Source of the DNA: a virus
Taxonomy: Duplodnaviria; Caudoviricetes
Strand: one strand, 5' to 3'
Length of the DNA: 37,075 nt
Virus record (IMG/VR): IMGVR_UViG_3300036904_000092
Location: 1-37,075 of that record
Below, in pieces: positions 18,513-27,589 of this stretch. The stretch's first letter is position 1; every line of letters starts with the position of its first letter. The position numbers and the translations under genes are program-made. The notes beneath the pieces were generated by a model. That model worked only from the letters and a program-made list of their open reading frames with translations. It made no database searches and had not been told where the DNA came from.

Positions 18513-19199
18513 CTAATAAGTGCTTTGTGCTTGTCCTGGATTTCTGCTGATATATCCTCCATAAGGATTGCTAACATCGCCGCCTCCCGCGTTTTGGTTT
18601 TGTCCAAAATAGGAATTTGCTGCACCAGAAGCAGCAGCGCCAGCTATTTGACCCCATCCACCACTTGAAGGAGGTTGATAAGTGTTCTGGGTAGGGTTGA
18701 GGATTGATTGCAACTGTTGCATCCAGTTATTTACAGGCTGCTGGCCATATTGTAAAGCTTGATTTACACCTTGTTGCTGCATATTTCCTCTAAGAGCCGC
18801 TATGTTCGTGCTTAGATTGCTACCTTCTCGTGCTAACTGGTTTCTGAAGCCTGTAGAACCTAATGAGCCCCCAGTACCTTGAGAGGCAAATCTGTTTGCA
18901 AGATCTGGAACTGTTTGTTCGTTAAATTGCCTTTGCAAAGGTGCTTCGAACTTATTCCAGAATTCAGGATCGTTTCCAAATAAATTTGAAAGCCATTCAC
19001 TCCCCTGTTGGTAATTTCCGTTTTGCGTTATGTCTTGATTGGGACCGCCAGTTCCGCTTCTTATCTGTTGAAGAATCTCATCCATTCCCTTTAACTGGTT
19101 CTTGTTATACGTGGAACCATGTTCTCCTTTTGAACCTGTGAGAGCACCTAACCCACCTGAAAGCAAACTTCCGAGAAGCATCATCATCGAAGTATCCAT
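18513..19199 (-). CDS. Putative DNA-transfer (pilot/ejection) protein
   Basis: LLGSLLSGGLGAL N-terminus, Gly/Gln-rich, GGSLGSTG; typical of the first podovirus ejection protein. Confidence 0.68.
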   Translation of the reverse strand: MDTSMMMLLGSLLSGGLGALTGSKGEHGSTYNKNQLKGMDEILQQIRSGTGGPNQDITQNGNYQQGSEWLSNLFGNDPEFWNKFEAPLQRQFNEQTVPDLANRFASQGTGGSLGSTGFRNQLAREGSNLSTNIAALRGNMQQQGVNQALQYGQQPVNNWMQQLQSILNPTQNTYQPPSSGGWGQIAGAAASGAANSYFGQNQNAGGGDVSNPYGGYISRNPGQAQSTY

Positions 19200-19328
19200 A
19201 GAATTTCTCCTTTATCTTTTTCTCAAAGATAACACATTGCTAAATTTTCAACATAAAAATTGTATTTGCAGTTAAATCCCTGAATTCTTAAGGTGAAGTT
19301 GTCTTCTCATATAAGACCTTCTAGGGTT

Positions 19329-19354
19329 GGCCGGGTGCGTTGCCCGGCTTTTTT
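19329..19354 (+). terminator. GC-rich terminator hairpin
   Basis: GGCCGGGT-GCGTT-GCCCGGCT followed by a T run on the plus strand. Confidence 0.7.
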
Positions 19355-19862
19355 ATTTACCATTCCTGAGATATTGCACGACAATGAACCCTGAGTATCC
19401 AACTAGGCTACTTGTAATCACTATCTGCGTATCGCTCATTGTGAATGTGATATTTGGATTTCCTTGGCTATAAAAGCTGAAATAATCGCCCGTTCCAGGT
19501 GTAGAAGGCGGCTTACTTGCCGAACCCCAAACTTGTGTGACTACGAAATTCTGATCTATTCCAGTAATAGGAAATGTTGGCGTTCCTGTTAATGTTATCG
19601 TCTGGCTCGTCATATTAGGAAGGTAAACGATCGCTTGAAATCCGTTTCTCTGCTCATTTGTCTTGAGGTAAGACCAAGTTTGGCCATTAAAATTTTCTGA
19701 AGGAGTGAAAGTTCCAATCATCTTTTGGTTTATCACATCTGCATAAGCAGAAAACTGGTTATTGAGAAACCAATTTAAGTCTTCTTTGTCTTCGGGGATA
19801 TTTAACGTTGTTCCCAAGAAAGGAGAAAACTGCTCGCTAGGATTCTGATCTGGAGTCGTCAT
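19353..19862 (-). CDS. Tail-associated protein
   Basis: Coupled to the nozzle gene; beta-rich. Confidence 0.6.
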   Translation of the reverse strand: MTTPDQNPSEQFSPFLGTTLNIPEDKEDLNWFLNNQFSAYADVINQKMIGTFTPSENFNGQTWSYLKTNEQRNGFQAIVYLPNMTSQTITLTGTPTFPITGIDQNFVVTQVWGSASKPPSTPGTGDYFSFYSQGNPNITFTMSDTQIVITSSLVGYSGFIVVQYLRNGK

Positions 19863-22381
19863 ATCAAACGTCCTCCACGTCGCATTGTAAACATCATTGC
19901 CAGCAATTGAAATGCGCTTTGACTTATCGCATTTACTGCCATTTGACGATCCGAAAGAGTCAATTCTATTTGCACTGTTTGCGCTATCACGTCTGCAAAT
20001 AACCGTGAAATCGTTTCTTCTCCATAACCTATTTGATATGGATTTACAGAAGTTGTGACAACATTGCTCTGAGGGTTATCTGAAATAGGTTTATTGGCTA
20101 CTATGTCTGAGGAGTCAGCAAAAACATTACATATAAACTGTCCACTTTGGGTTCTGTCTATGTAAAAGTCTATCTTGCTTAATCTCGTCCTCTTGTCCTC
20201 AGGTAGGAAGTTGAAGATTTTAGAGAGGAGACTGAAATTGCTTATCTTTGTTATCTGCCCGCTTCCCGTGTATGCTCCTGTTGTGCTTATTGGATTTAAA
20301 GTTTGATCTTCATCAACAGCAACGGTTCGCACATAAACAGGGGTAGACACTATAGGAGGACTAAAATTAATGACCAATGCCCCTGTTTGATAGTTTATCG
20401 TTCCTGACCCTCCAGTGCCAATAAGATTTCCATCTAGATTTGTATCTTCAAACTGCAATGCACCTATGTTGATTTGGACCGATCCGGCAAGGATAGGAAC
20501 ATAACTTAAGGTAGTACTGAAAGATACTCCTATAGCTTCTGGGAATGATTCATAACCATAATCAAGTAGGTTAAAGGTGTTTTCATCTACAACAGAGATA
20601 CGGAAATTCCTTCCATTTAGCGTTATCCCTTCTGTGTAAGTTGGGGTTGTTACTCCACTCAATGTAATCCAAGATTCATCAGGCAAGTTGTGATTAGCGC
20701 AAGTAACCGTAAACCCTGAGATATTCGATATATTTAGAGAAGGGGCATTTGAAACACTTTCCCTGTCGAGTTGGAAAACAAAACCTTGCTGATTTCCGGC
20801 TATGACTACTTCATTTCCGCTAAGTAAAGAAGATGATCCCCATGTTACATCTGTATATGATGACCATTCATCAGTCAATGTTGCCCAAGTTTGGTTTGTC
20901 CCGGATAGATTGTAATAGTAGCCCAAGCATGTGTAGCAATCATCAAAATATGACCAGTTTTTGGTGTCATAATTATAAACCAAGAGCAAGTCTGGAAAAG
21001 TGCCATTTGGATTAGATCCACTAGGATACGTCCAATAAATGAGTTTTGAACGGAATGTTCTTATTCCATACACCCTTTTCAGGCCAAAATTAGTTTGCCT
21101 TATTTCAAAAATATCTTCCGGAATTTTTTCATCTATCCTGACAGTGTCATTCGCATCACTAATGATAGCTCCTCTAGAACCTATTGCCATTAACCCTTTA
21201 TCCAGAGGAATCGTGCTAAATGTACAATCACTTCCAAGTTCTACATTCACTCGTTCCCAAACGAAAGGATTTACAGTGTTATTTACGAATCTAAGACGCC
21301 AAGTGCTGCGATTGAAATATACCACGAGAATATCTCGAATGAATTCAGCTGCTACGATTTGCTCATTCGTAGGCGCATCATTGGCGCCCCCTCTACCAAA
21401 TATATCATCTCTTGCTGCTTGCGGCTGATAGGATTGTAAATTTGGAGTATTAGGCACAGGATTGCTATAATAAGGCGTTCCAATCTGTGTCCACCTTGCT
21501 CTATTAGGGAAGTTTTGCAAATTTGAAGATGAAGAACCTTCCCAGGTATTAAGAAAGACTAAGTACCCTCGGTATGGGAAAATCAATAAAGCTCCCGCAA
21601 GAGCATTATCTGGATCTACAGGAGGATTATAATTCACCCATGTTGGACCAACTGCTGTCGAAGACCCATCAGGATTAACATTACTAGTATTCGCATAATA
21701 TCGTATTCCATCTTGTCCAGTGACCGTTCTTGTTGTCGACAAAGCAACACCTGTATTCGCGATACCTGGCGTAAAAGCGCCAAGGCCATCCGTTGCAGTA
21801 ACAGTAAAGGGGTTACCAGCTACTGTAACAGTTCCCTGGCGGAGATTATTTGGTAATGCTGCTCCTGAGACATTCAGGAAATAGATAATATCATTTACCT
21901 GGAAAGTATTTCCTGCCGAGGTGACTTGAATTGTGTTTCCAACCGGGTTGGCAAACAATGAGATTGCATAACCATTTAGGCCCGGTACTGAATTTGTGGC
22001 CCAAAAAGCATTTGCATAATTTGTTGTATAAAAAAACTGATAGTTTGTTCCACTCCATACCACTGGCATTACTGATGCCAGGTTTACGAAAGCCGTTCCA
22101 TTATACGAATAGGCTTGTGTCTGATCGAAAGCTATTAGTATTCTTTGATTTGCCCCAACCTCTTGAGTTCGCAATCCCATCACAGGAGTTCCGTTTGCTA
22201 GATTTCCTAACAACGTCGTTCCTGTTCTTCGGATAGTTCTTCCTCGGAACTGATAGGCATTTACAAGAGACTCAAAAGAATCCTCTGGAATGGAAAAAGG
22301 CTTCTGATCTTTTCTTAAACCTTCTTTTATAGGGCCTATCATAAAGTTTTGTGAAGTCATGATTCTGCTATTGCCATCCAA
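19859..22381 (-). CDS. Tail nozzle or DNA-stabilisation protein (P22 gp10/T7 gp12-like role)
   Basis: About 840 aa and beta-propeller-like (LVNAYQFRGRTIRR, LLVYNYDTKNWS, IAGNQQGFVFQL); true start probably 22360. Confidence 0.7.
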   Translation of the reverse strand: MDGNSRIMTSQNFMIGPIKEGLRKDQKPFSIPEDSFESLVNAYQFRGRTIRRTGTTLLGNLANGTPVMGLRTQEVGANQRILIAFDQTQAYSYNGTAFVNLASVMPVVWSGTNYQFFYTTNYANAFWATNSVPGLNGYAISLFANPVGNTIQVTSAGNTFQVNDIIYFLNVSGAALPNNLRQGTVTVAGNPFTVTATDGLGAFTPGIANTGVALSTTRTVTGQDGIRYYANTSNVNPDGSSTAVGPTWVNYNPPVDPDNALAGALLIFPYRGYLVFLNTWEGSSSSNLQNFPNRARWTQIGTPYYSNPVPNTPNLQSYQPQAARDDIFGRGGANDAPTNEQIVAAEFIRDILVVYFNRSTWRLRFVNNTVNPFVWERVNVELGSDCTFSTIPLDKGLMAIGSRGAIISDANDTVRIDEKIPEDIFEIRQTNFGLKRVYGIRTFRSKLIYWTYPSGSNPNGTFPDLLLVYNYDTKNWSYFDDCYTCLGYYYNLSGTNQTWATLTDEWSSYTDVTWGSSSLLSGNEVVIAGNQQGFVFQLDRESVSNAPSLNISNISGFTVTCANHNLPDESWITLSGVTTPTYTEGITLNGRNFRISVVDENTFNLLDYGYESFPEAIGVSFSTTLSYVPILAGSVQINIGALQFEDTNLDGNLIGTGGSGTINYQTGALVINFSPPIVSTPVYVRTVAVDEDQTLNPISTTGAYTGSGQITKISNFSLLSKIFNFLPEDKRTRLSKIDFYIDRTQSGQFICNVFADSSDIVANKPISDNPQSNVVTTSVNPYQIGYGEETISRLFADVIAQTVQIELTLSDRQMAVNAISQSAFQLLAMMFTMRRGGRLI

Positions 22382-22965
22382 GTAAAATTGTGAGCTCCAG
22401 TCAATCCGGCTTGGTGAATCTGAAGTTGGATACTAGGGGAAGTCATAATCTCAACACTTACCGCTGGAGCAGTTGGTGTTCCGGGGGTTGTCAACACATT
22501 TGATGTTGCTGAGGCCATGATAACTCTTGTAGGAATAGGAGAAAGAACGATAGGGAGTGTAATATCTGAAACAACGCCAAAATAAAACAAGAATCCTCCT
22601 GGAAGAAAGCTATAATAGATTGGCCCTCCTAATCCCACTGAGTTGTAAGTAAGTTGCATTCCTGTATTTGGAATATTGTTTGGTAAAAACTGTGGAATTT
22701 GACAAAACAGTTGAGGTTGTCCTGGAGAAGGCGAAACACCAGAAATAGCATTCTTGTTATATAAAACAACCAAAGATTCTGTAACACCAGGATCAGAGAG
22801 TCTATTTTCTACAATGACAGTAGCATGTTTCGCCTGGTTAGCGGCATTCAAACCTACATGGTTTTCATTAAAGACATTATTGTATACGGCAAAATTTGAT
22901 TGGACTTGAGCCACCTGATCAGCGGGCGAAATTGAGCCTTGAGGTGTAGTAATTGAATATGTCAT
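22357..22965 (-). CDS. Tail protein, paralogue 3
   Basis: Shares NF...F.ENH, QLF and SFLPG..YFG motifs with the two upstream genes. Confidence 0.65.
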   Translation of the reverse strand: MTYSITTPQGSISPADQVAQVQSNFAVYNNVFNENHVGLNAANQAKHATVIVENRLSDPGVTESLVVLYNKNAISGVSPSPGQPQLFCQIPQFLPNNIPNTGMQLTYNSVGLGGPIYYSFLPGGFLFYFGVVSDITLPIVLSPIPTRVIMASATSNVLTTPGTPTAPAVSVEIMTSPSIQLQIHQAGLTGAHNFTWMAIAES

Positions 22966-23582
22966 ATGTTTGCCAATACTATAAAATTAATCGTTGCTTG
23001 CTTAATACCTCCAAGGATTGGGCCTCCTGGATATAAATTTATCTTTGTATAAATCCCTTCTGGACTAATCTCAAAGGTCGTTCTTGGTGTTGCTTGAGGT
23101 TGAGGCCCCAAAACGGTAAAATTCATTGTAATAATGTTTTTGGCTATAGCTGGAATTAGACTTAAAACTATTGGAGTAGTCATTGAAAAATTTCCTGATC
23201 TTCCTCCAAAGTAAACTAATAGTTTTCCTGGAAGAAAAGAAATAAACTGATTTGCTCCTCCAGTTGTGTAAATCTGATAATTTGTATATTGAAATTCTGG
23301 TTGTGTTCCCTGATATTTCATAAATACTTGTTCTGTCTGTCCTTCCACTGTTCTGCAGTAGATTCCAACTTCTCCGTTGTTTACGGGAAAATTAGCTTTT
23401 TGTTCCGGCATTTGAATAATCGTGTGGTTTCCCGCCAAGGATAAAGCATCAATAGGAACGTGATTCATAGCAAAAGCATTGTATAAGGAGATGAAATTAT
23501 TCAAAAACGGCGTTACTGAAGTTGCTATAGCCTCATTAGGTCCTTGTGGTGAATCGGGAGTAAATGAAATGGGATTCGTCAT
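22962..23582 (-). CDS. Tail protein, paralogue 2
   Basis: NNF...FAMNH and SFLPGKLLVYFG. Confidence 0.65.
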   Translation of the reverse strand: MTNPISFTPDSPQGPNEAIATSVTPFLNNFISLYNAFAMNHVPIDALSLAGNHTIIQMPEQKANFPVNNGEVGIYCRTVEGQTEQVFMKYQGTQPEFQYTNYQIYTTGGANQFISFLPGKLLVYFGGRSGNFSMTTPIVLSLIPAIAKNIITMNFTVLGPQPQATPRTTFEISPEGIYTKINLYPGGPILGGIKQATINFIVLANI

Positions 23583-24184
23583 TATATTCCTATAGCCAAG
23601 TAATAGACGTCAAATTGAGGCGCCCCTGCGAATGTTTGGAATCCTATATTGAAACTGCTTCCTGTTATGTTGGTTGGTGCGGCCGCTGAAACAATAGGCG
23701 CACCGACATTATTGCTTGAGTTTCCTACCGTTAAACCTACATATAATAGCGTTGAGGATGGGCTTAAGAGGACATTTTGGCCAACAGTAGGATTGTGAAT
23801 CTTACCCCCATATATTGTAAAAGGCCCAGCCATGAATGAATACTGCTGTGGATAATAAACATCTGGATTTGTGCTTTGCAATCCCGTTAATGGAATAACT
23901 CCTGTCATTTGAATAGGTGTTTGAGCACTACTTGGAGCAAAAAAAAGTTGGGGTATAGAACTAACCAATTTCGAATATAAGGCTATCTCTGTGGCCGACG
24001 TTATTGGATCACCCGCTTGGTGAAAGAAGTTTACTACCTTATGCATTCCGCCAAACTTCGTATCATTAATTGACATATGATTTTCGGAGAAGGTAGAAGA
24101 TATCGTCTGAAAATTCGATCTGATTTGCTGTTGAGATTGCAATGTTTGATCTGATATCGTCGGTATTGCTGGATTATAAGACAT
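23582..24184 (-). CDS. Tail protein, paralogue 1
   Basis: SNF...FSENH, PQLF, SFMAG...YGG and a C-terminal YYLAIG. Confidence 0.65.
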   Translation of the reverse strand: MSYNPAIPTISDQTLQSQQQIRSNFQTISSTFSENHMSINDTKFGGMHKVVNFFHQAGDPITSATEIALYSKLVSSIPQLFFAPSSAQTPIQMTGVIPLTGLQSTNPDVYYPQQYSFMAGPFTIYGGKIHNPTVGQNVLLSPSSTLLYVGLTVGNSSNNVGAPIVSAAAPTNITGSSFNIGFQTFAGAPQFDVYYLAIGI

Positions 24185-24187
24185 AAT

Positions 24188-25285
24188 TTATCCCGAGGTT
24201 CCGCTATATTCGGTTCCAAAGAACCATGAAGCAAGAGGTCTTCCTGGCTGACTAAAGATCGTTGCCGCTCGTTGAGTGCTAAGCTGCTTCAATGTCCTTC
24301 TCTGTGCTTTACATACCTGGTCTTCTAATACTGGCATCAAAGTTGCCATTCCTTCTGGATCTGGAAAATCGGTATAGATCAGTTTTGCAGCAAGACAACA
24401 GATTAAAAGATACCATTCATCAAGTTCAGGCGCGCTTCCCTCTTCAATCAATTGGGTTGGTTGTTGACTTATCTGAAATTCAACTTGATACACTTGCATA
24501 GGAACTGGCCTAAACACTATTTGCTGGTTATAGAAAAGAACATCAACAGGTCTAGAAGCTTGATAAGGCACTACAGCGGCGTATATATCATCTCCCGCTG
24601 GAATTACAGCGTTATTGGCCAATGTGAATCCATATTTCCCAGTAAGGTAATTTATTCCTTGTCCCGGCACAGTAGAATCGCCGACAATATTTCCTTGGGA
24701 ATCAACAAGATTGCCTATATTGCTATTTTCTTGTGGGACGTCTGTAAGAACGATATTGAATCCTGAGTCATCAAAAGACGAGATAATCACAGCTGCCTCA
24801 GTAACGTTGCCAAAGATATCTAACTGAGCTCTTAAGAAAGGAAAGGGCCCTACAATCCCTGTATAGTTATTATTCGGGATTCCATTTCCAGAATTTATGA
24901 TTTGGTTCACAGAAAGATTTGGCCAACGATTGTAAAATGTTGTTTTATCCTGGAAGTATCTGAGAATATAGCCTTGACAGTATACTGGAGGTGTTAATTG
25001 AATATTTCCCGGATATGATTGATTTTGAATTCCCGTCATTGGATTCGTTGGATGGTCTTCGTAGACGAAATCATAAGTATCTACGTTAGGCACAGTATAA
25101 AAAACTAAAGGCTTTGTAAGTTTGAGGTTTTTGAATTCCTCGGGCATATGAATGGTATATGCTAGATTGATGTAATAATCAATCTGAGTCGTTGGCATTG
25201 ACTCTTCAGTATACCTTGCAGTCATCCGACGAACCGTGTTTTCCATCTGTTCTAGACTGACTAACTGTGTATAGGCATAACTCAT
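24188..25285 (-). CDS. Head-tail adaptor (tail tubular A-like)
   Basis: IDYYINLAY N-terminal helix and FRPVP...APELDEWYLLICCLAAK C-terminus; position. Confidence 0.65.
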   Translation of the reverse strand: MSYAYTQLVSLEQMENTVRRMTARYTEESMPTTQIDYYINLAYTIHMPEEFKNLKLTKPLVFYTVPNVDTYDFVYEDHPTNPMTGIQNQSYPGNIQLTPPVYCQGYILRYFQDKTTFYNRWPNLSVNQIINSGNGIPNNNYTGIVGPFPFLRAQLDIFGNVTEAAVIISSFDDSGFNIVLTDVPQENSNIGNLVDSQGNIVGDSTVPGQGINYLTGKYGFTLANNAVIPAGDDIYAAVVPYQASRPVDVLFYNQQIVFRPVPMQVYQVEFQISQQPTQLIEEGSAPELDEWYLLICCLAAKLIYTDFPDPEGMATLMPVLEDQVCKAQRRTLKQLSTQRAATIFSQPGRPLASWFFGTEYSGTSG

Positions 25286-25292
25286 ACTACCT

Positions 25293-25751
25293 CTATGGGC
25301 TCAGGAGATCCTTATTTATCAGATTTCCAGGTTGTCCATCATTATAGATAACACCCTCAAAGCTGTCCTGATTGCCATATGGGAGCGGAATAGGCGGTAA
25401 ATAAGGCCCGCTTGAGTCTGGTATCAGAACCGGAGGCGTATACGCGCTTGGCAAACTTATAGGGTATGCAAAAGGCGTAAAATTACTTGAATCCACGTTA
25501 CAGGTTAAAGTATTTGCTGTCACTGAAATTACCTGAACTTGGAGAGTGTTTAACTGTTGCATTCCGAATATTCCAGGAATGTTGAATCTTATCTTAACTC
25601 CCGCAACATAATTATGTCTTTTAGCAGTCGTGATGACCATTTGCGAAGCTTGAGTAATCGAAGTTATGACTTGCCATACAAAATTCTCGGTTACAGTTTC
25701 CTGAGAATATCCCGGGTAGTACATAACAGAGGATTGTGTTGGTGTTGCCAT
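25293..25751 (-). CDS. Virion protein with E1-FCCH-like beta domain
   Basis: ITSITQASQMVITTAKRHNYVAGVKIRF...GMQQLN...VDSSNF. Confidence 0.65.
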   Translation of the reverse strand: MATPTQSSVMYYPGYSQETVTENFVWQVITSITQASQMVITTAKRHNYVAGVKIRFNIPGIFGMQQLNTLQVQVISVTANTLTCNVDSSNFTPFAYPISLPSAYTPPVLIPDSSGPYLPPIPLPYGNQDSFEGVIYNDGQPGNLINKDLLSP

Positions 25752-25787
25752 ATCTTATCCATGTAAAGCGGTTTTACATGCCGCTAT

Positions 25788-26381
25788 TCAAAAATTCAAA
25801 GGTATGAAGGCGTACTTCTTGTTGCTATTATCCACTTGGTGAATAGAACTTTTTGGTTTATTTGGGTCCATAATCTCATTAGATTGAATGAAATGAGGAG
25901 TGTAGTAGTAATCATTGATTTGATCTACAAAACCTCTAGGTAGAGTATAGACCTTGTTGTCTTCCAACTCATACCATTTCACTGGATCATCTTCATACTT
26001 CATATAAGTAAGTTTCACTGTTTGGCCAGGAACTCTTCGATTAATAAACTTACCTGTAATCTTTACGTTATCCAAAAGCTTTTGTTTTTCAATTTCTGCC
26101 AATCCTGCCGCTTTAGCGCTCGTTGCTGTCGTAGATCTATCCTGAGCTCTTAAGTCGTTAGCATCATGCTCTCGTCTAGGATTAATTAAAGCAGCTTGTT
26201 TCTTTCTTTCTTCAATATCTAATTTCGTAGCCTCTAATTCTACCCTAGCTTTATCAATCTCTTGCTGTAAGCTTTCCAGCTCTACTGTTTGCGTCATACA
26301 TACCTCGGTTTGTTCGTCTATACTCTTTTCTTTGGAATCTACAGTAATAAACTTTTTATGTCTTGCCATTTTTTTCTCCAT
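25788..26381 (-). CDS. Hypothetical head-module protein
   Basis: GGAG Shine-Dalgarno; coiled-coil N-terminal half. Confidence 0.7.
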   Translation of the reverse strand: MEKKMARHKKFITVDSKEKSIDEQTEVCMTQTVELESLQQEIDKARVELEATKLDIEERKKQAALINPRREHDANDLRAQDRSTTATSAKAAGLAEIEKQKLLDNVKITGKFINRRVPGQTVKLTYMKYEDDPVKWYELEDNKVYTLPRGFVDQINDYYYTPHFIQSNEIMDPNKPKSSIHQVDNSNKKYAFIPLNF

Positions 26382-26385
26382 TAAA

Positions 26386-26413
26386 GGGGAAAGGCTTTTT
26401 TATGCCCTTCCCC
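26386..26413 (-). terminator. Hairpin downstream of the capsid/decoration genes
   Basis: GGGGAAGGGC...GCCTTTCCCC followed by TTT on the minus strand. Confidence 0.55.
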
Positions 26414-26447
26414 AGCTTCCCATTTCTGACTATGGGAATTTATTTAC

Positions 26448-27578
26448 CTAGGGATAAGTCTGGCTCGAAGTTATTGCTTTCCACTGCCAAACGTCTGCCG
26501 TTCCGCCTATCAAACCGCCCGTTGTTGCAGAATTCGTTCCATCACCTGCACCGATCAAGATACCACGTGAACCAATGTTTTGCTTAGCAAAGCTAAGAAC
26601 GTCTTGGTTAGCGTAAGGCAAAGGTGCAGGAATAACATTAAATTGTTGGAAGTTATTAATGTTGCCCTCTCCTTGCGGTATCATCACAGGGAATGTAAAT
26701 GGATAACTTGCAGCCAAAGGCCAATGGGTAGGATTAGTACCCGAAGACGTATTAGTAGCAAATACACCAAAGTTAGTGCTGTCAACAGCCAGAGTGACAG
26801 TTTGTGTGCCCACAGCATTATTAGCAGCAATAACGGTAGCCTGGAATGGCAACCCGCTAATCGAGTTAGTAAGCTGAGGAACACCAAAAGCGGTTGGCAT
26901 TTCAAAAGTGACAACGTCCCCTACATAGTAGTTCTGTTGTACCAATAGTGTGACAACCATAGGATTAGCATTTGTAATTTTTGCGATAACCCTATTCTCT
27001 GGATAAACACCTGTAGAGTCAGCTACAAGGTAATTTCCAACCTTTTGAACGAATCCTACTGAAGTTGTAGCTCCAGTACTGTCCAGAAGAGTTGTAAATG
27101 TTGTAGTAGATCCTACAGTAATTACAGTCATTCGAAGTCCGCCAAATTGAGGCGAACTTGTCAAACCATAAACTCTGACGGTATCTCCCACTTGTAAACC
27201 GTGTGCAGTACCTGTTGTCCACACTGTCGTTGTACCTGGGGTAAACGAAGAAACGGCAACTGTGGCATATGCTGTCGGACTATAGCTGTTATATAGCGTA
27301 AATCCATTGATAGCTGCATATCCTGTATTCACAGGCGCAAGAATGCCCGAAACAGTACCGTTTTGCTTAATCAAAGCTGTTCCCGCTTTCATATATCTCG
27401 GGAAAAACTCTGCTTCAGTAATTCTGGTAGATGTTAAAGCACCTGCCGTACTTCCTGATGATACTCCATTCATTGTTAAATTCACTAAACGGAATTCATC
27501 AATTTGATTTGGAATAGGCAGGAAGAAAGGAGTCGAAGCTACGTTAACAAACGAGCCAGTTGTGATTTGTGTACTCAT
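26448..27578 (-). CDS. Capsid decoration or minor capsid protein with two FCCH-like domains
   Basis: Directly after the MCP, strong AGGAGGTG Shine-Dalgarno; contains TAHGLQVGDTV and ITNANPMVVT...YYVGDVV. Confidence 0.65.
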   Translation of the reverse strand: MSTQITTGSFVNVASTPFFLPIPNQIDEFRLVNLTMNGVSSGSTAGALTSTRITEAEFFPRYMKAGTALIKQNGTVSGILAPVNTGYAAINGFTLYNSYSPTAYATVAVSSFTPGTTTVWTTGTAHGLQVGDTVRVYGLTSSPQFGGLRMTVITVGSTTTFTTLLDSTGATTSVGFVQKVGNYLVADSTGVYPENRVIAKITNANPMVVTLLVQQNYYVGDVVTFEMPTAFGVPQLTNSISGLPFQATVIAANNAVGTQTVTLAVDSTNFGVFATNTSSGTNPTHWPLAASYPFTFPVMIPQGEGNINNFQQFNVIPAPLPYANQDVLSFAKQNIGSRGILIGAGDGTNSATTGGLIGGTADVWQWKAITSSQTYP

Positions 27579-27589
27579 AAGTCACCTCC

